Source of the DNA: Botryllus schlosseri
Lineage: Eukaryota
DNA: 64,000 nt
NCBI GenBank assembly: GCA_051294905.1
Contig: CM119378.1
Span: forward strand, 1,800,001-1,864,000
Direction of reading: 5' to 3'
Shown: piece by piece, positions 13,901-28,003 of the stretch
Numbering within the stretch: position 1 is the stretch's first letter
Layout: every line of letters starts with the position of its first letter
Position numbers and translations under genes: made by a program
The notes under the pieces: generated by a model
The model's database searches: none
What the model was told of the DNA's origin: nothing
Seen by the model: the letters and a program-made list of their open reading frames with translations, nothing else

Positions 13901-16540
13901 GGCCTGGTGTTGTCCAATTGCTAAAGCTGCGCTACTTTCTAGGAAATGTGTATCATTAATAGGGATGGTGTGAACCTCTGAAAGATTCAGGTTCGTGTGA
14001 ATGCGAACCTTTTTAAAAGGTTCTGTGTGACATCATATTATCAATTCCAACCCTACATTTCAGTGAAGTGATAGCCTATATTACGCTAGACACGATACCT
14101 AGCGACGACTCGGGCCACACTGCCACAATAGTGAAGTAGGCTACATATTGACGTTTTAAACGTCGCCAAATGAATCAACTGAGGCAATCAAATGACATAA
14201 TAATCCCATAAAATCAATATCTTCCGTCGCTTTGCGAACAATTTCGACGAGGACTTGCAAGGAAATATATAAGCTGACGCCTCGGTCTATAGGCCAGACC
14301 GGAAAATGTATTCAACGTCTGAGTATTGCCACGTTGATATTGAGCAGAGTGTAAAACGAGTATCTGTTCTTGCTACCGATATTACCCCATTAACAAGTTA
14401 TACAGCAGTAGCCAGCAGCCCAATCGCACGTATTTGTTTTTTATGATACAATAAGCAGATGCAATCAAGATTGACCCCGTAAGCCTGCTAAGCTTTTACA
14501 TCAGACAACCATATTAATTTCATAGATTGGTTGAATAAGAATCATTCGCTGACTACATGTAGTGTATTTCGCTCTTGATGTTGCCTGATTGCGGGTCACG
14601 CTTACAGTCGATAAATATTCACAAACGTAAAGCTGGATATTTCGAGCACACTTTTTTAACAACGCAAGCAATATTTTTGAGACGAGGACTAGCAAGGGAA
14701 TATAAGCTTACGCCTTACGCCGCCTGAGTATTGCTACGTTGATATTGAGCAGAGTGTAACACGGTTTTCTATAGCCTACTTGCTACCGACATTATTCCAT
14801 TAACAAGTTATAAAGCAGTTAGCCAACACCCCAATCGCACGAATTTGGTTTTTATGATACAATAAACATATGAAGTCAAGATTGACCCTTTATCAGACAA
14901 CGATATCAATTTCATGGATTGGTTGAATAAGCCTAATTCGCTGATTGCCTTACTTCGGTCATGATGCTGTGTGATGACTGTGATTGCGGGTCAAGCTCAC
15001 AGCAGAGAGTCACTAAATGTTCACAAACGCAAACCTGGATTTCGAGCAAACAAAGCAAGTAAAATTCTCGAGATTGTCAAGGTGCATGCTCGTTTAGTGT
15101 TGATTTTTTATGCTGCCAGCGCCATGCATAGAGTGGCCCGAAGTTGAAATCCAATACATTTCAACCAAAGCTGTTATAATGAAGTGAAAATTGTAATATA
15201 TAAAAAGGTTCACAGTGCAGAAGCTACCAAGGTTCGTTTGTGAACGTGAACCTCTAGATTCCTGAGGTTCACACACAGAACGCGAACCGCACGTTCACAC
15301 CATCCCTAATCATTAGATAACTTGTGTATAAATGTAACTGAATGCATTATTTGCTTGTTTACACCAACACGAACATAGACAGGTCTCTGGGAACAATTTG
15401 ATTGCATAGAACTGATTACACTATATAGAAGTAGGGATATAACTAGCACCGTGAATTTGTAGTTAATTACATGTACAAGTAGCAATTTCCGATGCATGAT
15501 TTCAAAACTACCTCTAGTGGAATTATAAAATGAAAGGGCTGAAAAGTATATTGAAGAGAAGATTTTGTTGAGGCGTGGTATGTCATGTATGCAGCAGTTG
15601 ATCGAAGGTACCTGCTCTCAAAATTGCATGACGTATCTAACGCTGAATAACTGTGACCACAAAATTACAAATACGTAGAATATCCGAAAATTATTTAGTC
15701 AGTGTGATAAAGAGGATATTTGACGCGATTCTTATGACAATTTTACACATAAAATTCATACAGACTTATCCCCAAAACTACATTCTACTTCTCAAAATGC
15801 ATTTTCTGCAAAGTAAGTAGTTCTGCCTGAGCTGTGCAAGTAGAAGTATATTCAATTGTATTGTGAAGTTTTGTACCAAATACTGTGTTGCTATCATTCG
15901 TTGTTTCCATCCTAAGTCACTCGTCAAGTTGGAGAGGTTGAAATTCAATTCTACAGTAGCTCTCTCATTACAGGTGCTTGTCGGCCTAATGGTGATGCCA
16001 CAATTCTGGAAAGACGTGAGAAAGTACATGTTCAGTTGGATCCACGATCCCCATGTGGAAGTTATCCTGGTAATGCTGATCATTCCGTTTGTGGTGAACA
16101 CCGTCATGTTTTGGGTAATCGATAACTTCCTGATGCGTAAAACGAAACGGTTTTACGGCAGCGGATCGACGATATCAGATACTTATAAGCAAGTAAACAC
16201 GGGACAAAAATCTCGCAACTGTAAAGTGACGTACAAAGTCGCGGTACGATCTGATAGTTTGGAGAGTGCTGAGAGTGAAGCAGTTTCAAAATCGCGCGGT
16301 GCGTCCAGGTCCAACAGCCTGCGATATCACAAGGTAGTCCCGTCAGATCATATCGATAGCAAATCCGGTAAGGATAGTGAAGAGACTATGCTGTTGCTTC
16401 AAGAGGAAGCCGAAATTCCACGCGGACCTTGTATTAACGATGTGCTGGCAGCGGGGAATCTAACGTTTAGTAGTCTAGATTCTGATAATTCTGATGATAC
16501 ATCAAATACGTTACTGCCTGATGGCCTGAAGCGGTTTTAG
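10941..16540 (+). CDS. STIMATE: Store-operated calcium entry regulator STIMATE (TMEM110), 5 coding exons, ~337 aa
   Basis: Exons 10941-11009, 11995-12102, 12511-12651, 13361-13489, 15974-16540, all GT-AG and phase 0. Joined protein [71 protein letters not shown]...[18 protein letters not shown].../...[17 protein letters not shown].../...[23 protein letters not shown] matches recalled TMEM110 motifs (FSTLMLKR, WFxDTSKQ, FGEYGDP, FWVxDNFLMRK). Confidence 0.95.
13960..15308. mobile_element. hAT-like element in STIMATE intron 4, with GTGAAC subterminal repeats
   Basis: TIR TAGGGATGGTGTGAAC...GTTCACACCATCCCTA; TSD ATCATTAA/ATCATTAG. Contains an internal direct duplication (~14240-14700 vs ~14685-15060). 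Partial second copy at 21239-21431. Confidence 0.85.
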
Positions 16541-18323
16541 TGCCTTGTTATTTTCCGTTTGTGTTCATTATTTCTGTGAAGCTTTATACTATATCGTACT
16601 GTCTTCTCTGTAAGACTTGTCGTAGTCTTATTTCATTTATGTTTCTTGAATTTCCTGAAGCCTAACGGGTGTATGTTGCTGTTACTTTAATTTTACGATA
16701 CGGTGATAATGGGACATAATGTGATATTTACTCCCGTTGTAGTGTTTTCTGTATGTCTATTTACTGTTGCTGTAGTGTTCTCTAGATGTCTGACTTGGTT
16801 TAACCATGCTTTTTCGTCTATGAAATGCAACTTTATGGTCCAAGTCCATACAATAAGTTCCACCTATGCTTGAAACATGGTGTTTTAACACTGGTCTTTA
16901 CATATCAAACTACCATATACACACGCGAACAAGTTCGTGCTGTGCAGATTACTAAGAAACGAGGTTAACCAACTCAGATAAAACAATATTGGCGTCTGAT
17001 CCTGACTTGTCTTTTACTTTAAACTTGGATTTTGTAAATTGATATATAACCGTTCGGTTGTGTGCTATCGCTGGCTATGCAGCTTGGCTCACTCTGTACG
17101 GAATGTTAAAACTGATTATATACAAAACCAACTAAAATACCTGTGCAATGGTTTTACTGACGGACTATCTTACAAGCATTTCCTCTTTTTGTAACATATT
17201 TTGTGCAATTTCACGCCGTGTACTCCAATTGGATGATAGTGTAGCAGACGTTACCACGTTTTCGTTGCTCGCAGACGATATTTTTTCCGACAAGTACGAT
17301 GCCAATGAAGTTTCATGATAAAAGAATATATTTACTTGAATTGAATGCGGCTAGAGTTTCGTGATAAACCAAAGCTCGACTGCCATCAGTTAGACAGATC
17401 TGTATTCTCGCGGCGGAGAACCGATTGTTGTTGGGAAATGCTAACATTTATTTCCGTCTTAAGCCCGATGCAGACTGGCGCTCGCAACCGAAGTTGGACA
17501 TTGGACAACTATAAATCTTTCAGCGTGACCAAATTAGATTGGAACAGTGGTTCCCACTGATGGGGAATTCAATGGGTTCTGGTGGGGAATAGACCCATTT
17601 GTTAAACACTATATACAGGACAGTCTACATATTTACGGAGACACATGTGCAATGTGTAGTTACCGTTATCAGTTAACTGCTCTGGAATGTATGTATCGAA
17701 AATTAGATTGCATGCTGTTGGCAAAAACTCATAACTCCAGATAATCAATCACGGCGGCACAAACGCATCCGACCGACCAGTGTTACGTGAAATAACGCTC
17801 TCGCTAAATTTTGAGGGTTACCGGTATCCGTTCACAATACGTTTTCTGATGCAGTTATAGGCGATTGTCTGGCTTACCGGTGTGATTGTGTGCTTTGTGT
17901 ACTCAAACAAGCGAATACCTGCTCCGCAATAACAAAAGTTTTGGGTAGTGGGAATGAAGGCTCGAAATAAATCTGAAGTGGATAATGAGGACACAAAGGT
18001 TGAGAATCACTGGATTAGAATTATAGTCACACAGTTTTTGTCAAACTATACTAGAATTATAGCTGCAGATTTATTCCAAATCGGATTCGAATTCGAATTA
18101 ATGAATTCGTGAAACTCGGAAATTGAATCAAGTTCGTTCTCATGAGTGTGAAAATGACAAATGCCTGTACGTACAGCAAGCTCGGCTCCCTTCACAAGAT
18201 ACAGTTCTGTATCTGCTGCGCGGGATTTACTATCACATTTATTGATTTTAATGTGGAGACTACTACCCTCGCAAAAACTGCAATAAAATATAAATAAAAA
18301 CAACCTTCATTTACTGGAATAAG

Positions 18324-20624
18324 CAGTGGCGGCTCGTCCTATAGGGCAACTGGGGCATTGCCCCACCTAAAATTCTGTTCAATAACAATTCTTTACCATT
18401 TATAGACGCACAACAATCTATATATACCGAAATCACAGCGAAAATCATATTCTTCTTGTCCTTTCGCTTGTAAATGCCCATGTATAGCGAAGTCTCTGCG
18501 AAAATCGAATTCTCTTCTGTGTTTTCGCTTTGCGAATGCCTAGCCGGGGCATGCCCCGGTAGCGCTCATGACAAGCTTTCACTGTCTATTCTCTCAAAGC
18601 CGCGCACAATAAAGAAACGGGGATTTACTCTCTCCTATTCATAAAATTACCGAGCAACCGGGGCACAATAGGTCTGTGCCCCTAAGGTGTGATGTAACAA
18701 TCGTATCTATATCTAAACTCGGTTACCGTCATATGCGTTTAGTCGACCTTTGCTGGTATAGGTCGATTTTGATGGTGTTTCACACCATGAAAACTCTTGA
18801 AACTTGGTGTGTCATGTCGTGATGGTGTTATTTAACATTGCCTCAAGTTTCAGGGTTTCTACTTAAAGTTTAGGGTAGTAATTCCGTTTCCGAAGTTGAG
18901 TGTGTGCTGATCCGTCATGTATCGCAAACAGATTTTACTCAAAAGCCGGTATTGGTATCCATTGATTTTGACGATGTTCAATACTGAGATAGGTTATGAC
19001 ATTTGGCACGGTAAGTCTTAATGTTAGTATCGAACGCTGTACCAAGTTTTAAGTTTGTCACTGAACTATGTTAGTGGTAATTTCGCTTCCTAAGTCGAGT
19101 GAGAGCCGACTCGTCATTTATCGCGAACAGATTTTACGCAAAGCCGGTATTGGTCTCTATTGATTTTAACGATGCTCCTTACCTAGATCTGTCATGAGCT
19201 TTTGCACGGTGTGTTTTGATTTTAGTATCGAACGCTGTGCCAAGTCTCAAGGTTGACACTCAATGATTAGGGCAGTAATTTCGTTATCAAGGTCGAATAT
19301 GGTGGAGATGCGCTCTGTTCTGACACTTTAGCCTACAACGCATTGCGGATTTCACGCAAAAGCCGGTGTATCTGTGGTAACGTTAACTGTGTTCCATACT
19401 GAGATAGGTGACGAGATGATGATATCATTCTCATTTGCATTCAAATATTTACTTTGATATTATATTCTCCGATGTCAATTTCACCGTGAAATTGTTGCCT
19501 TCAAGCCATTTGCTTACAATTACAACGCCCTGTCAAGCGCGATAGCTATTTCGTTTTCGATGGCCGCTAACAGCTGATCACTTGATCAGCCTATTCCTCA
19601 GTAAATTTTACGCAAAATTCGGTCTGTTCGCATTAATTTTGACAGTGTACCATACCGAAAAGGGCCATGAGGCAGAGGCTACTTCTCGATGATGTCATGT
19701 AACAGTGTACTAAGTTTACGGCTTTCATCCACGTATGTATTCGGTAATATATTTTTCAAAGGCGATTTCGCAGCAGACCTATAGACAGTAATAAAGCCAT
19801 ATGTGTCGTGTTACAGTCTCCAGTTTCAAGGCCAAAATCTCCTATGCTGTACCGAGACCGAGCTTCCGAGGCTGCTATTCTTAGTTCTTCAGACTGGTGC
19901 TTTGGATTCAATATGACAGGCCCAATGTATGAGATAACAATTGCGTTGGTGTCCGAACTCGTTGACCTTTCCAATTAGGCTTACGCAATCTCTCGAGTTA
20001 TAGTCATTTCCATTTCTGCAGATAATTAGTCAGGTCTAGTGCGAATATGAACCGTGTTGAATCTTTGTTCCGTACGCCGTTTACGCAGTTACCACACTTC
20101 AAGTCACAGCTCACCGGCAGACCTCTCGTGGCACATACGTTAAAATCACTGTTGTCGGGAAATTCATGTTACCGTAACATAGGCTTACCATATTTTGGAA
20201 ATCTAAAAAGAGGACACTTTTCCAGAAATTTGAGACTTGCAAAACCGGAGAAGAATTTTCAAAAACCGGTGGATTTTTCCCACTTTGTGGTCATCTTTTC
20301 CGCTCAGAGCTCAAAGTACCGTTTTTCTTCCCGCATTGCTAGGTGGATAACTAAAAAAAAAGGTCATCTTTCCACCCAGAGCTAAAATAACCGTTTTTCA
20401 CTCCGAAATACCCGCCGGAGCGGACAAAAGCTCAAAAAAGAGGACAAAAGGGCGTCCTCCGAGGACACTTTCAAAAAAGTCAAAAAAGAGGACAAATCCT
20501 CTTAAAAGAGGACGTATGGTAACCCTACTTGTTTACGTTGGAAAACGCCATTGTCACGTCATCTTGATAAAAAGTCGCTTGCAGCCCTTGCCCCACCACC
20601 TGATATTGTCACGAGCCGCCACTG
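18324..20624. mobile_element. hAT-like element with diverged ~200-bp internal tandem repeats
   Basis: TIR CAGTGGCGGCTCGT...ACGAGCCGCCACTG with perfect TSD GGAATAAG. Inserted into a copy of the 21432-22568 family, and contains the MITE 20180-20527. Confidence 0.9.
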
Positions 20625-21431
20625 GGAATAAGCCTAATTGTAATCTCAATTGTAGGAGAACGGCATATTCCTAGAGATCGTTAAGGCCGTTTAAATGCTT
20701 TATTCAAAGATAGTGGTTTCAAACGGGGGGTCGTTTGCCTTTATTTTGGGGTTTGCGAATATGTTGAACGTAATCAGCTTCCAAAAAAGCCCGTGAGTAA
20801 GTCTGGGCAAAGGTGCTGATTTCTTTTAGTAATCAGCTCGTCAAATTTTGATCTGGGCCACGGAAAATTTTCAAATTGGAGATGGAGTTGATCTGGGCCA
20901 CGGAAAATTTTCAAATTGGAGATGGAGTTGCGACCATAAAAGGTTGAAAACCATTGAATGTGGGGTGTTTATAAAGCTGCCGGGTTCGCACCGGCATAAG
21001 GCTGATAAACAATATTATCGGCAGGACATGAGCAATGAACATGCCTTAACGATGCGCAATTACGCTCCCTGTATATTCGAGCTCATCATCCTCCACCAGC
21101 TCTACCCCTAAGTCTGATATTATGTGGGCGGAGAGTAGTATCTATATAGTAATATATGGAATAACCAATATTATTGACAGAATTCATTCAAATAATTTAA
21201 CGACCAGATGCATATAGAAACCAGATTCATATAGCAAGTAGGGATGGTGTGAACCTCTGAAAGGTTCAGGCTCGTGTGAACGCGAACCTTTTCAAAGGTT
21301 CTGTGTGAACGCGAACGTGAACCTCATGACGTCACGTGACGTCATATTACTAATTCCAACCCTACATTTCAGTAAAGTGATAGTCTATATTGACGTACAC
21401 GATACCTAACGACGACTCGGGCCACATAATG

Positions 21432-22568
21432 TAGGGTTGCCATACGTCCGGGATTTCCCGGACATGTCCGGAATTTCACTGTTCAAACTAGCGTCCGGGA
21501 GGAATTTCTAAAATATGCCAAATGTCCGGAATTTTGACGTAGGCTCATAGTTTTTTTTTCGTAAATCAGCATAAAAACAATATTTTTTGGGAATATATAT
21601 GCTGATGGATGTATGATATTTTTCTTCGCGCTGCGCGCGATTAACTATGACATTTATTGATTTTAATATGGAGACTACCACCCTCGCAAAAACTGCCATA
21701 AAATATAAATAAAAACGACCCTCATTTACTGGAATAGGCCTAATTGTTATCACAATTATAGGAGAACGGTATATTCCTAGAGATCATTACGGCCGTTCAA
21801 ATGCTTTATTCAAAGACAGTGGTTCCAAACGGAGGGGGGTCTTTTGCCTATATTCTTAGATTTGCGAATATGTTGAACGTAATCAGCTTCCAAAATAGCC
21901 CGTGAGTAAGTCTGGGCAAAGGTGTTGACTTCTTTTAGTAATCAGCTCGTAAAATTTTGATCTGGGCCACGGAACATTTGCAAATTGGAGATGGAGTCGC
22001 GACCATCAAAGGTTGGAAACCACTGGATGTGGGGTGTCTATAAAGCTCCGTGGTGCGCACCGGCATAAGGCTGGTAAACAATCTTATAGGTACAACATGA
22101 ACATGACTTAACGATGTGCAATTACGCTCCCTGTATTTTCGAACTCATCATCCTCCACCAGCTCTACCACTAACTCTGATCGTGAGGGCGGAAAGTAGTA
22201 GGCTTATCTATATAGTAATATACCAATATTATTGACAGAATTTATTCAAATAATTTAACGACCAGATGCATAAAGAAACCAGATTCATATAGCAACCATC
22301 CCCCCCCCCCCGCCCAGAAGTTGCATCGATTACCCCATAGTGTGGGCTCAAAATCATTGTTTATTTGGGCGGGAGGGGCCTGAAAACATGTGCTTTCGGT
22401 CCCGGTTACACAACACACAGCCACATTCTCCTGAACCGGACCGTGACCACCTCTGGTCTATGAGGATGAGCAAAGCTTTGCTATTGGGACGTCATAAATC
22501 ATTTTGTAATCCACTAGTGGGCGCTAAAGAGTGTCCGGAATTTGGGTTGCAGAAATATGGTAACCCTA
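21432..22568. mobile_element. Non-autonomous element TAGGGTTGCCATACGTCCGG...TATGGTAACCCTA
   Basis: TIRs and TGTCCGG subterminal repeats. Homologous to ~18210-18323 plus 20625-21238 and to 28537-29050. No clear TSD. Confidence 0.7.
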
Positions 22569-22833
22569 ATATAGCGCTGGACCAACCAAAACTATATTTA
22601 ACAAGTGACGCATCGAAACTTCATGTCCCGAGTCAATGCAAATCTTCAATGTGGTAATATGACCTACTGCGTTCTTAGCAAAAAGAGTATGTATTCACAG
22701 GTAGTAGCCTACCTTAACTCGGAATTATACCGCGGTTATAAATCACAGGTGCATTCGTGCATACCTTCCTACGCCCCTACGTGCATGCATCATTTGCATC
22801 AAAATGTTGTGTTTAATTTATACCATGGTGTAA

Positions 22834-25759
22834 CAGTGTTGGGATCAAGTCACTATTTTCGAGTCACGGGTCATCTCGAGTCATTGCACATTTTGACTCG
22901 AGTCAAGTCAAGTCACTATTCACGTCAAGTTGTTTTTTCGATGTACGAGGTAGCCTATGATGAAATCAATGCATTCGCTTTTAATTTTAAGTCGAGAATC
23001 GAATAAAGAATTATATTTGCAAAAAGTCGTTGAATAGCTCACGCGTGCTTACAGTTGCTCAGCTACGTAAGTAACTGTCTAAATTATCCTCCATAGAGAA
23101 CACAAAACGAAACCACAGATAGTTGAAATGAATTGATATGATGCACTACCCAATTACATAGTCATGGGATACAATTGAAACCTGCGCCAATGGTTGACGA
23201 GTAATATAAAGATCAAACTATTTTCGAGATCAATTTAAATCAGAGGTCTCAAACTCAAATGTGTTCGCGGGCCAATTTCCTAATTTTGATGACGTCGCGG
23301 GCCGCAGCATCAATAATATGGGTATTCAATGTATAATATCCCGGTAATCTCCGATTAACATTGGAACAGATCAATAACAACTTAAATATAATCATTATTG
23401 TGCCATAGTAACAGCATTGTTTCTTAACCTTTTAGCGATAGTACCGCTTATGCTTTCGATAAGATCTCCCGTGCCGCCTGCCCATTTTCAACACAATTTC
23501 TGATGATTTGTTTGTTTTTGATAATGATCGTGTTTCGACGACATTGGTCATCTTACATCAGGCCGAAAATTCCGTATTTACCCACTTGTAGCACGAGGCT
23601 TTTTATAGGACACCGCTGATGGTACCTATATAGAAATCGGAAAGCCTATTCACGTAAAATCGCGCGTAGCACGACGAATATTTCCCAATTCCATAAATTC
23701 GCCCCGGAAATATTCCACAGCATATAGGCCTATTCCCACAATGCGTCTCGTACCCTCTGATGTGGTGCTTCGTACCACGAAGGGGATACAACGGACCCCT
23801 GGTTAAGAACCCCTGGAGTAGAAATGACCAATCGCCGAAGAATCCATTGGTGTTACAGCTGTGGAGCGTACCACTACTTTACTCGCCACCGATAATAACA
23901 TGGATAAAGAGAGCAAACAACACCCAGGACGTAACCAAATACACGTCACGGCGGCTACAGAATGCCAATGGCTTCCATGTAGACCAGATAACTATATACC
24001 CTAGGCAACGCTAGCTACAGGTCTTTGATATATTGCTATTCCCCGTGACAGTTTCATAGATTGCTGCGTCCGTATGATTCAACTCGACTCAACTCGAGTC
24101 ATTTTCAGTTTACCCAGATAATCCAAAATCGAGTAATTTGAAGAAAGGTCGCACAAAACAAAATCAAAATTTTCAGTCACGAATCATCAACGGTTCATGT
24201 TTTATCATCATGAAATGGAAATGGAACATAATACCGATCTTCGACCGCGTGGAAGATTTTAGGGGTGATGTGATGGCGAAGTTTGTTTAAATTTCAGGCT
24301 TTTGTAGTAGTTTTAGAGTGAATTTCAAGTTCTTAAATCTAAAAAGATATATGACACTTGAATCTATTGTCGAATATTTGAAATTCCCAAATGTCTTCGC
24401 GGGCCGCACAAAATGTTCTCGGGGGCCGCATGCGGCCCGCGGGCCGCGTGTTTGAGACCTCTGATTTAAATCATACAGAGGTTTGGTTAAGATGAGCACC
24501 GAGCACCAATGACCAGTCTATAGAACAGAGGTTGATACTTTGCTAGTATATTGCTTTCCTACTAGTTAACGACAACGCACGCTGTAAGCTCCAATCACTT
24601 CGTTTACGGTCAATTTATTTGTGATAGAACAGGGGTGGCCAACCTTTTCAGCCAAAGGGCCACATTCGAATGACGAATTATTGCGCGGGCCACCAGCCGC
24701 GCGAAGCGCAAAAATTTTTCCAAGTTCACAGGTCAATAATATTGTTACTTGACTATATTGCTGGCCTGGGCTGGGCTCAGTTTGCAAGGACTGGATTATT
24801 CGGTGCCTGGACACATCGATATCGAAAGCTTCGACCAACATGCGTCAATCATTTTGTGCCTATAGTTTTCATAGTCGACGATCTTTCTGCGAGCGCAAAC
24901 GCAAGGTCGCATTCGTTGAACGACACTTTGTCTCGTAATCGAGAATATAGGTAGACTCAATCTGATACATTAGACGTTCTTTCATTCATCAGTCAAGTCA
25001 CAGTTCAAGTCAAAGTGCCTTTTCGAAGTATGGAGCATGCTGTAGTCATTGCATTCTGCTAGCTGTCTGAAATACTGATTGATCGGTCATTTATTTTAAA
25101 CCGATGAACGAATATAGAATTAAATGTACACGCAAGAAGGCGATGTAGCCTATCGCTCACATGTACGTAGAACTAAGTAGCCTCAGATTATAGTTACCAG
25201 CCAAACTAGAGAAAGGGAAACGAATTGATGAGATGCCATACATTACCCATTTACAAATTTGATATGAATCAATCCGAGCCTGCGCCAATGGTTGAGGCTA
25301 TATAAACTATATTAGAATCCAATTTCAATAAAAAACAGGCTTGGTTAAGGCAAGAACAGAGAACAGAAATTGACATTTGACTATTTAATTACTTTACCAC
25401 ACTACTTTACGACAACGTAAGCTGTAAGCTTCGATCCCTTCGTTCGCAGTCAATTTATTTGTGAGAGAACAATGGAGTCTCAGTAAAACGCACGATCGTT
25501 AAATGATTAGTCGCTCTCACGGGTTACACCAGCGTTTCATGAACAATCCGAACATATGCAAGATACAGTGATTTTTATCGACACCGATTACTTCATGACT
25601 TGAAATTGACTCGTGAATTTTGCTCCGTGTCACGAGTCAATCCATATTTCTGATACGCCGAGTCAAGTCAAGTCGAGTCATTTTAGCAAAGTGACTCGAG
25701 TCAAGTCAAGTCATACGAAAAAAAGTGACTCGAGTCTGACTCGAGTCATCCCAACACTG
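22834..25759. mobile_element. hAT-like element with GAGTC/CAAGT subterminal repeats and nested insertions
   Basis: TIR CAGTGTTGGGAT...ATCCCAACACTG with perfect TSD TGGTGTAA. Confidence 0.9.
23241..24463. mobile_element. hAT-like element nested in 22834-25759
   Basis: TIR CAGAGGTCTCAAAC...GTTTGAGACCTCTG with perfect TSD ATTTAAAT. Confidence 0.9.
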
Positions 25760-25805
25760 TGGTGTAAGTCTGAGGTAGGTCTTGGTCTCTTGTGCCACGG
25801 GTGTT

Positions 25806-26280
25806 TATCAAAAGCGCACAAGTACAACACACGCGCGTCCACGTCGTCCAAATATCGTATGATCGACCGAAAAGATCATCGCTCTATCAAATATGCCGGA
25901 CTTGATGTTTGGAACAGTATCCCGCCGGCCCTTCGACAATCGACGAGCATATCCACATTCAAGTCGAAATACAAGCAATTAGGCTACTACTAAAGGAATA
26001 CTAGTCCATCCTCAAGATTTCCAGACCACGACCCATGACCTATCGATCTCGCCTTCCATGACATGCCACCCTATTTCTAATCGCTTGCTTCTTCCTATAC
26101 CATCTTATTTGCTTTTCATTCAGTGTGCATGCATCTTCTTTACATAGCCTATAGGCCAAGGTGGGTGCCTGATTCCATAGACTACTCCAAGTCGCCTCGA
26201 AACCTTCCTATCTTTTCATTGTGACGTATTTTGTGGTGTATTGAACTGATAAAAATTGCTAATAAACCAATGATGATGAT
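25806..26280 (+). mobile_element. L2/CR1-type LINE 3' fragment
   Basis: HKYNTR...WNSIP remnant plus 3' UTR and (ATG)n tail. Confidence 0.8.
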
Positions 26281-27271
26281 ATATATTCACATATCACACC
26301 CGTTATCACGGGAGGTACACGGGTGTGAACTGTGTATTCACAAAGAGTGTGGCACAAACGATCTATTACGGGGTTCTCAAGCGGGGGTCCGCGAAGCATT
26401 TTCAAAGGGTTCGCGAAATTAAGAAAAGAGAAGACCAGAAAAAACAGCGATGCGGAATCTAGCGGGTGCTTATTGTCACCACTACGCTTACTTCCACGCT
26501 GTTTGAGTGTTTCCGTACTGCGTTGCCACCCGAACATCATGCCTGGGTATGCTTGAGTGTGTCCGTAGTGCGTCGCAACAAGGACGTCATGTCTGGGGTA
26601 TGTTTGGAGTGCGTTGTACTGTGTACTCCTCGCCATATGATCCGCGCAAGCGGTGTCTTGAAAAGCCCAGAAGTGGATCGTGCTACAAGTCGGCAGCAGA
26701 TACAGAATGATATCAAAGAAAATAGACCTGGTGTAAATGACCGTTGTAGCCTACAAATACCAGAAATACCCCATACAACAACAACCCGTAGTTATCATAG
26801 GCAAGACGCCCATATGTTCTGTATGCTCCTTGTACAAAGAAACCCTTTCAGGAAGGAGTATTGTGACATTCACGAGATTCGCCTTCTCCGCGGTTCGCCG
26901 TTTTCGATGTGGACTTTGTAATAGTACGATCGGCCTTCCGTTTAGTACTGCGAGTTCCGCCTGTTCCGCAGTCCGCTCGTTCCGCCGTTTAGATTTGAGT
27001 TATTTTGTCTCGGTCCGCAGTCCCGCTCGTTCCGCTGTTTAGATTTGAGTTATTTTTATCTCGGTCCGCATCCGCAGTTTGTTCAATGTTGATGTTGTGA
27101 TTCGACAGTGTAGATCAGTGATTCTCAAACTGTGTGCCAATGACTCTATAGTGCCACCACAGATAGTCAGGTATGTCGCGAATCATTCTGAAATTTTGTA
27201 AAAAATTGTAGCAATATTTAAAAAAAAAATCCAGCTGTGTACAATTATGCATTTACTCGTGAGTTATATAC

Positions 27272-27790
27272 TCAATTCAATTCAATTCAATTCAATTCAA
27301 TTCAATTTATTATTAACAATTTCATCATTATGACTCGATACAATGGCAAGATGGGAAGGTGTCGAAACGACATGGAGTAGGCGGAGTAAAGAGGAGGCAT
27401 GCACACTGAATGAAAAGTAAAAGAAGTTGATATAAAAGGACATGTGACAAAAGAGGTGGCATGCATCGAAGACGAGATAGATATGCCAGGCCGTGGTCCA
27501 GTAAACTTGAGGGGTGACTAGTATTGATTCCGTAGAAATTGTTTCTATTTCGACTTGAATGTGGACATGCTCGACTACTATCGGATAGCTGGCGAGATGC
27601 TGTCCCACACTGCAGGTCCGGCATATTTGATAGATCGACGATCTTTTACTTCGACAATATTGTAGTTGGACGACGCGGACACGCGTGTGTTGTAATTATG
27701 CACTTTTGATACCGGGGTAAAGAAGTAATTGAAATTTTCGGGACAGTGTCCGCGGTGGAGCTGATACAAATACATGATTAATCTGTAAAT
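27272..27790 (-). mobile_element. Second LINE subfamily 3' fragment with (ATTGA)n tail
   Basis: ORF 27578-27775 HNYNTRVSASSNY...SIKYAGPAVWDSI. The UTR is homologous to the first subfamily but ends in (TTCAA)n on the plus strand at 27272-27306. Confidence 0.8.
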
Positions 27791-28003
27791 GAACGAATGA
27801 AAGGGTTAACCAAAACGTGTCCTTGGCACTACCTTCAAATCTAATGAGTTCACATAAAAGTCTCTGTCAGCATGCGTGACGATTATGAGCCATAACCATA
27901 CAAGTAGAGACTTGACAGGCATGCGCAAATTCATTGAGACCCTCAATAGGCCTACATGAAATACGTATGATTGTTTATCTTCTCTTTAGTTCTCCCTATA
28001 GAC

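Noticed and set aside
26963..27075. Two ~52-bp direct repeats; also 40-bp (20849-20928) and 30-bp (61362-61401 region) doublets, considered as CRISPR-like
   Set aside because: Simple head-to-tail duplications with no spacers, in eukaryotic context.
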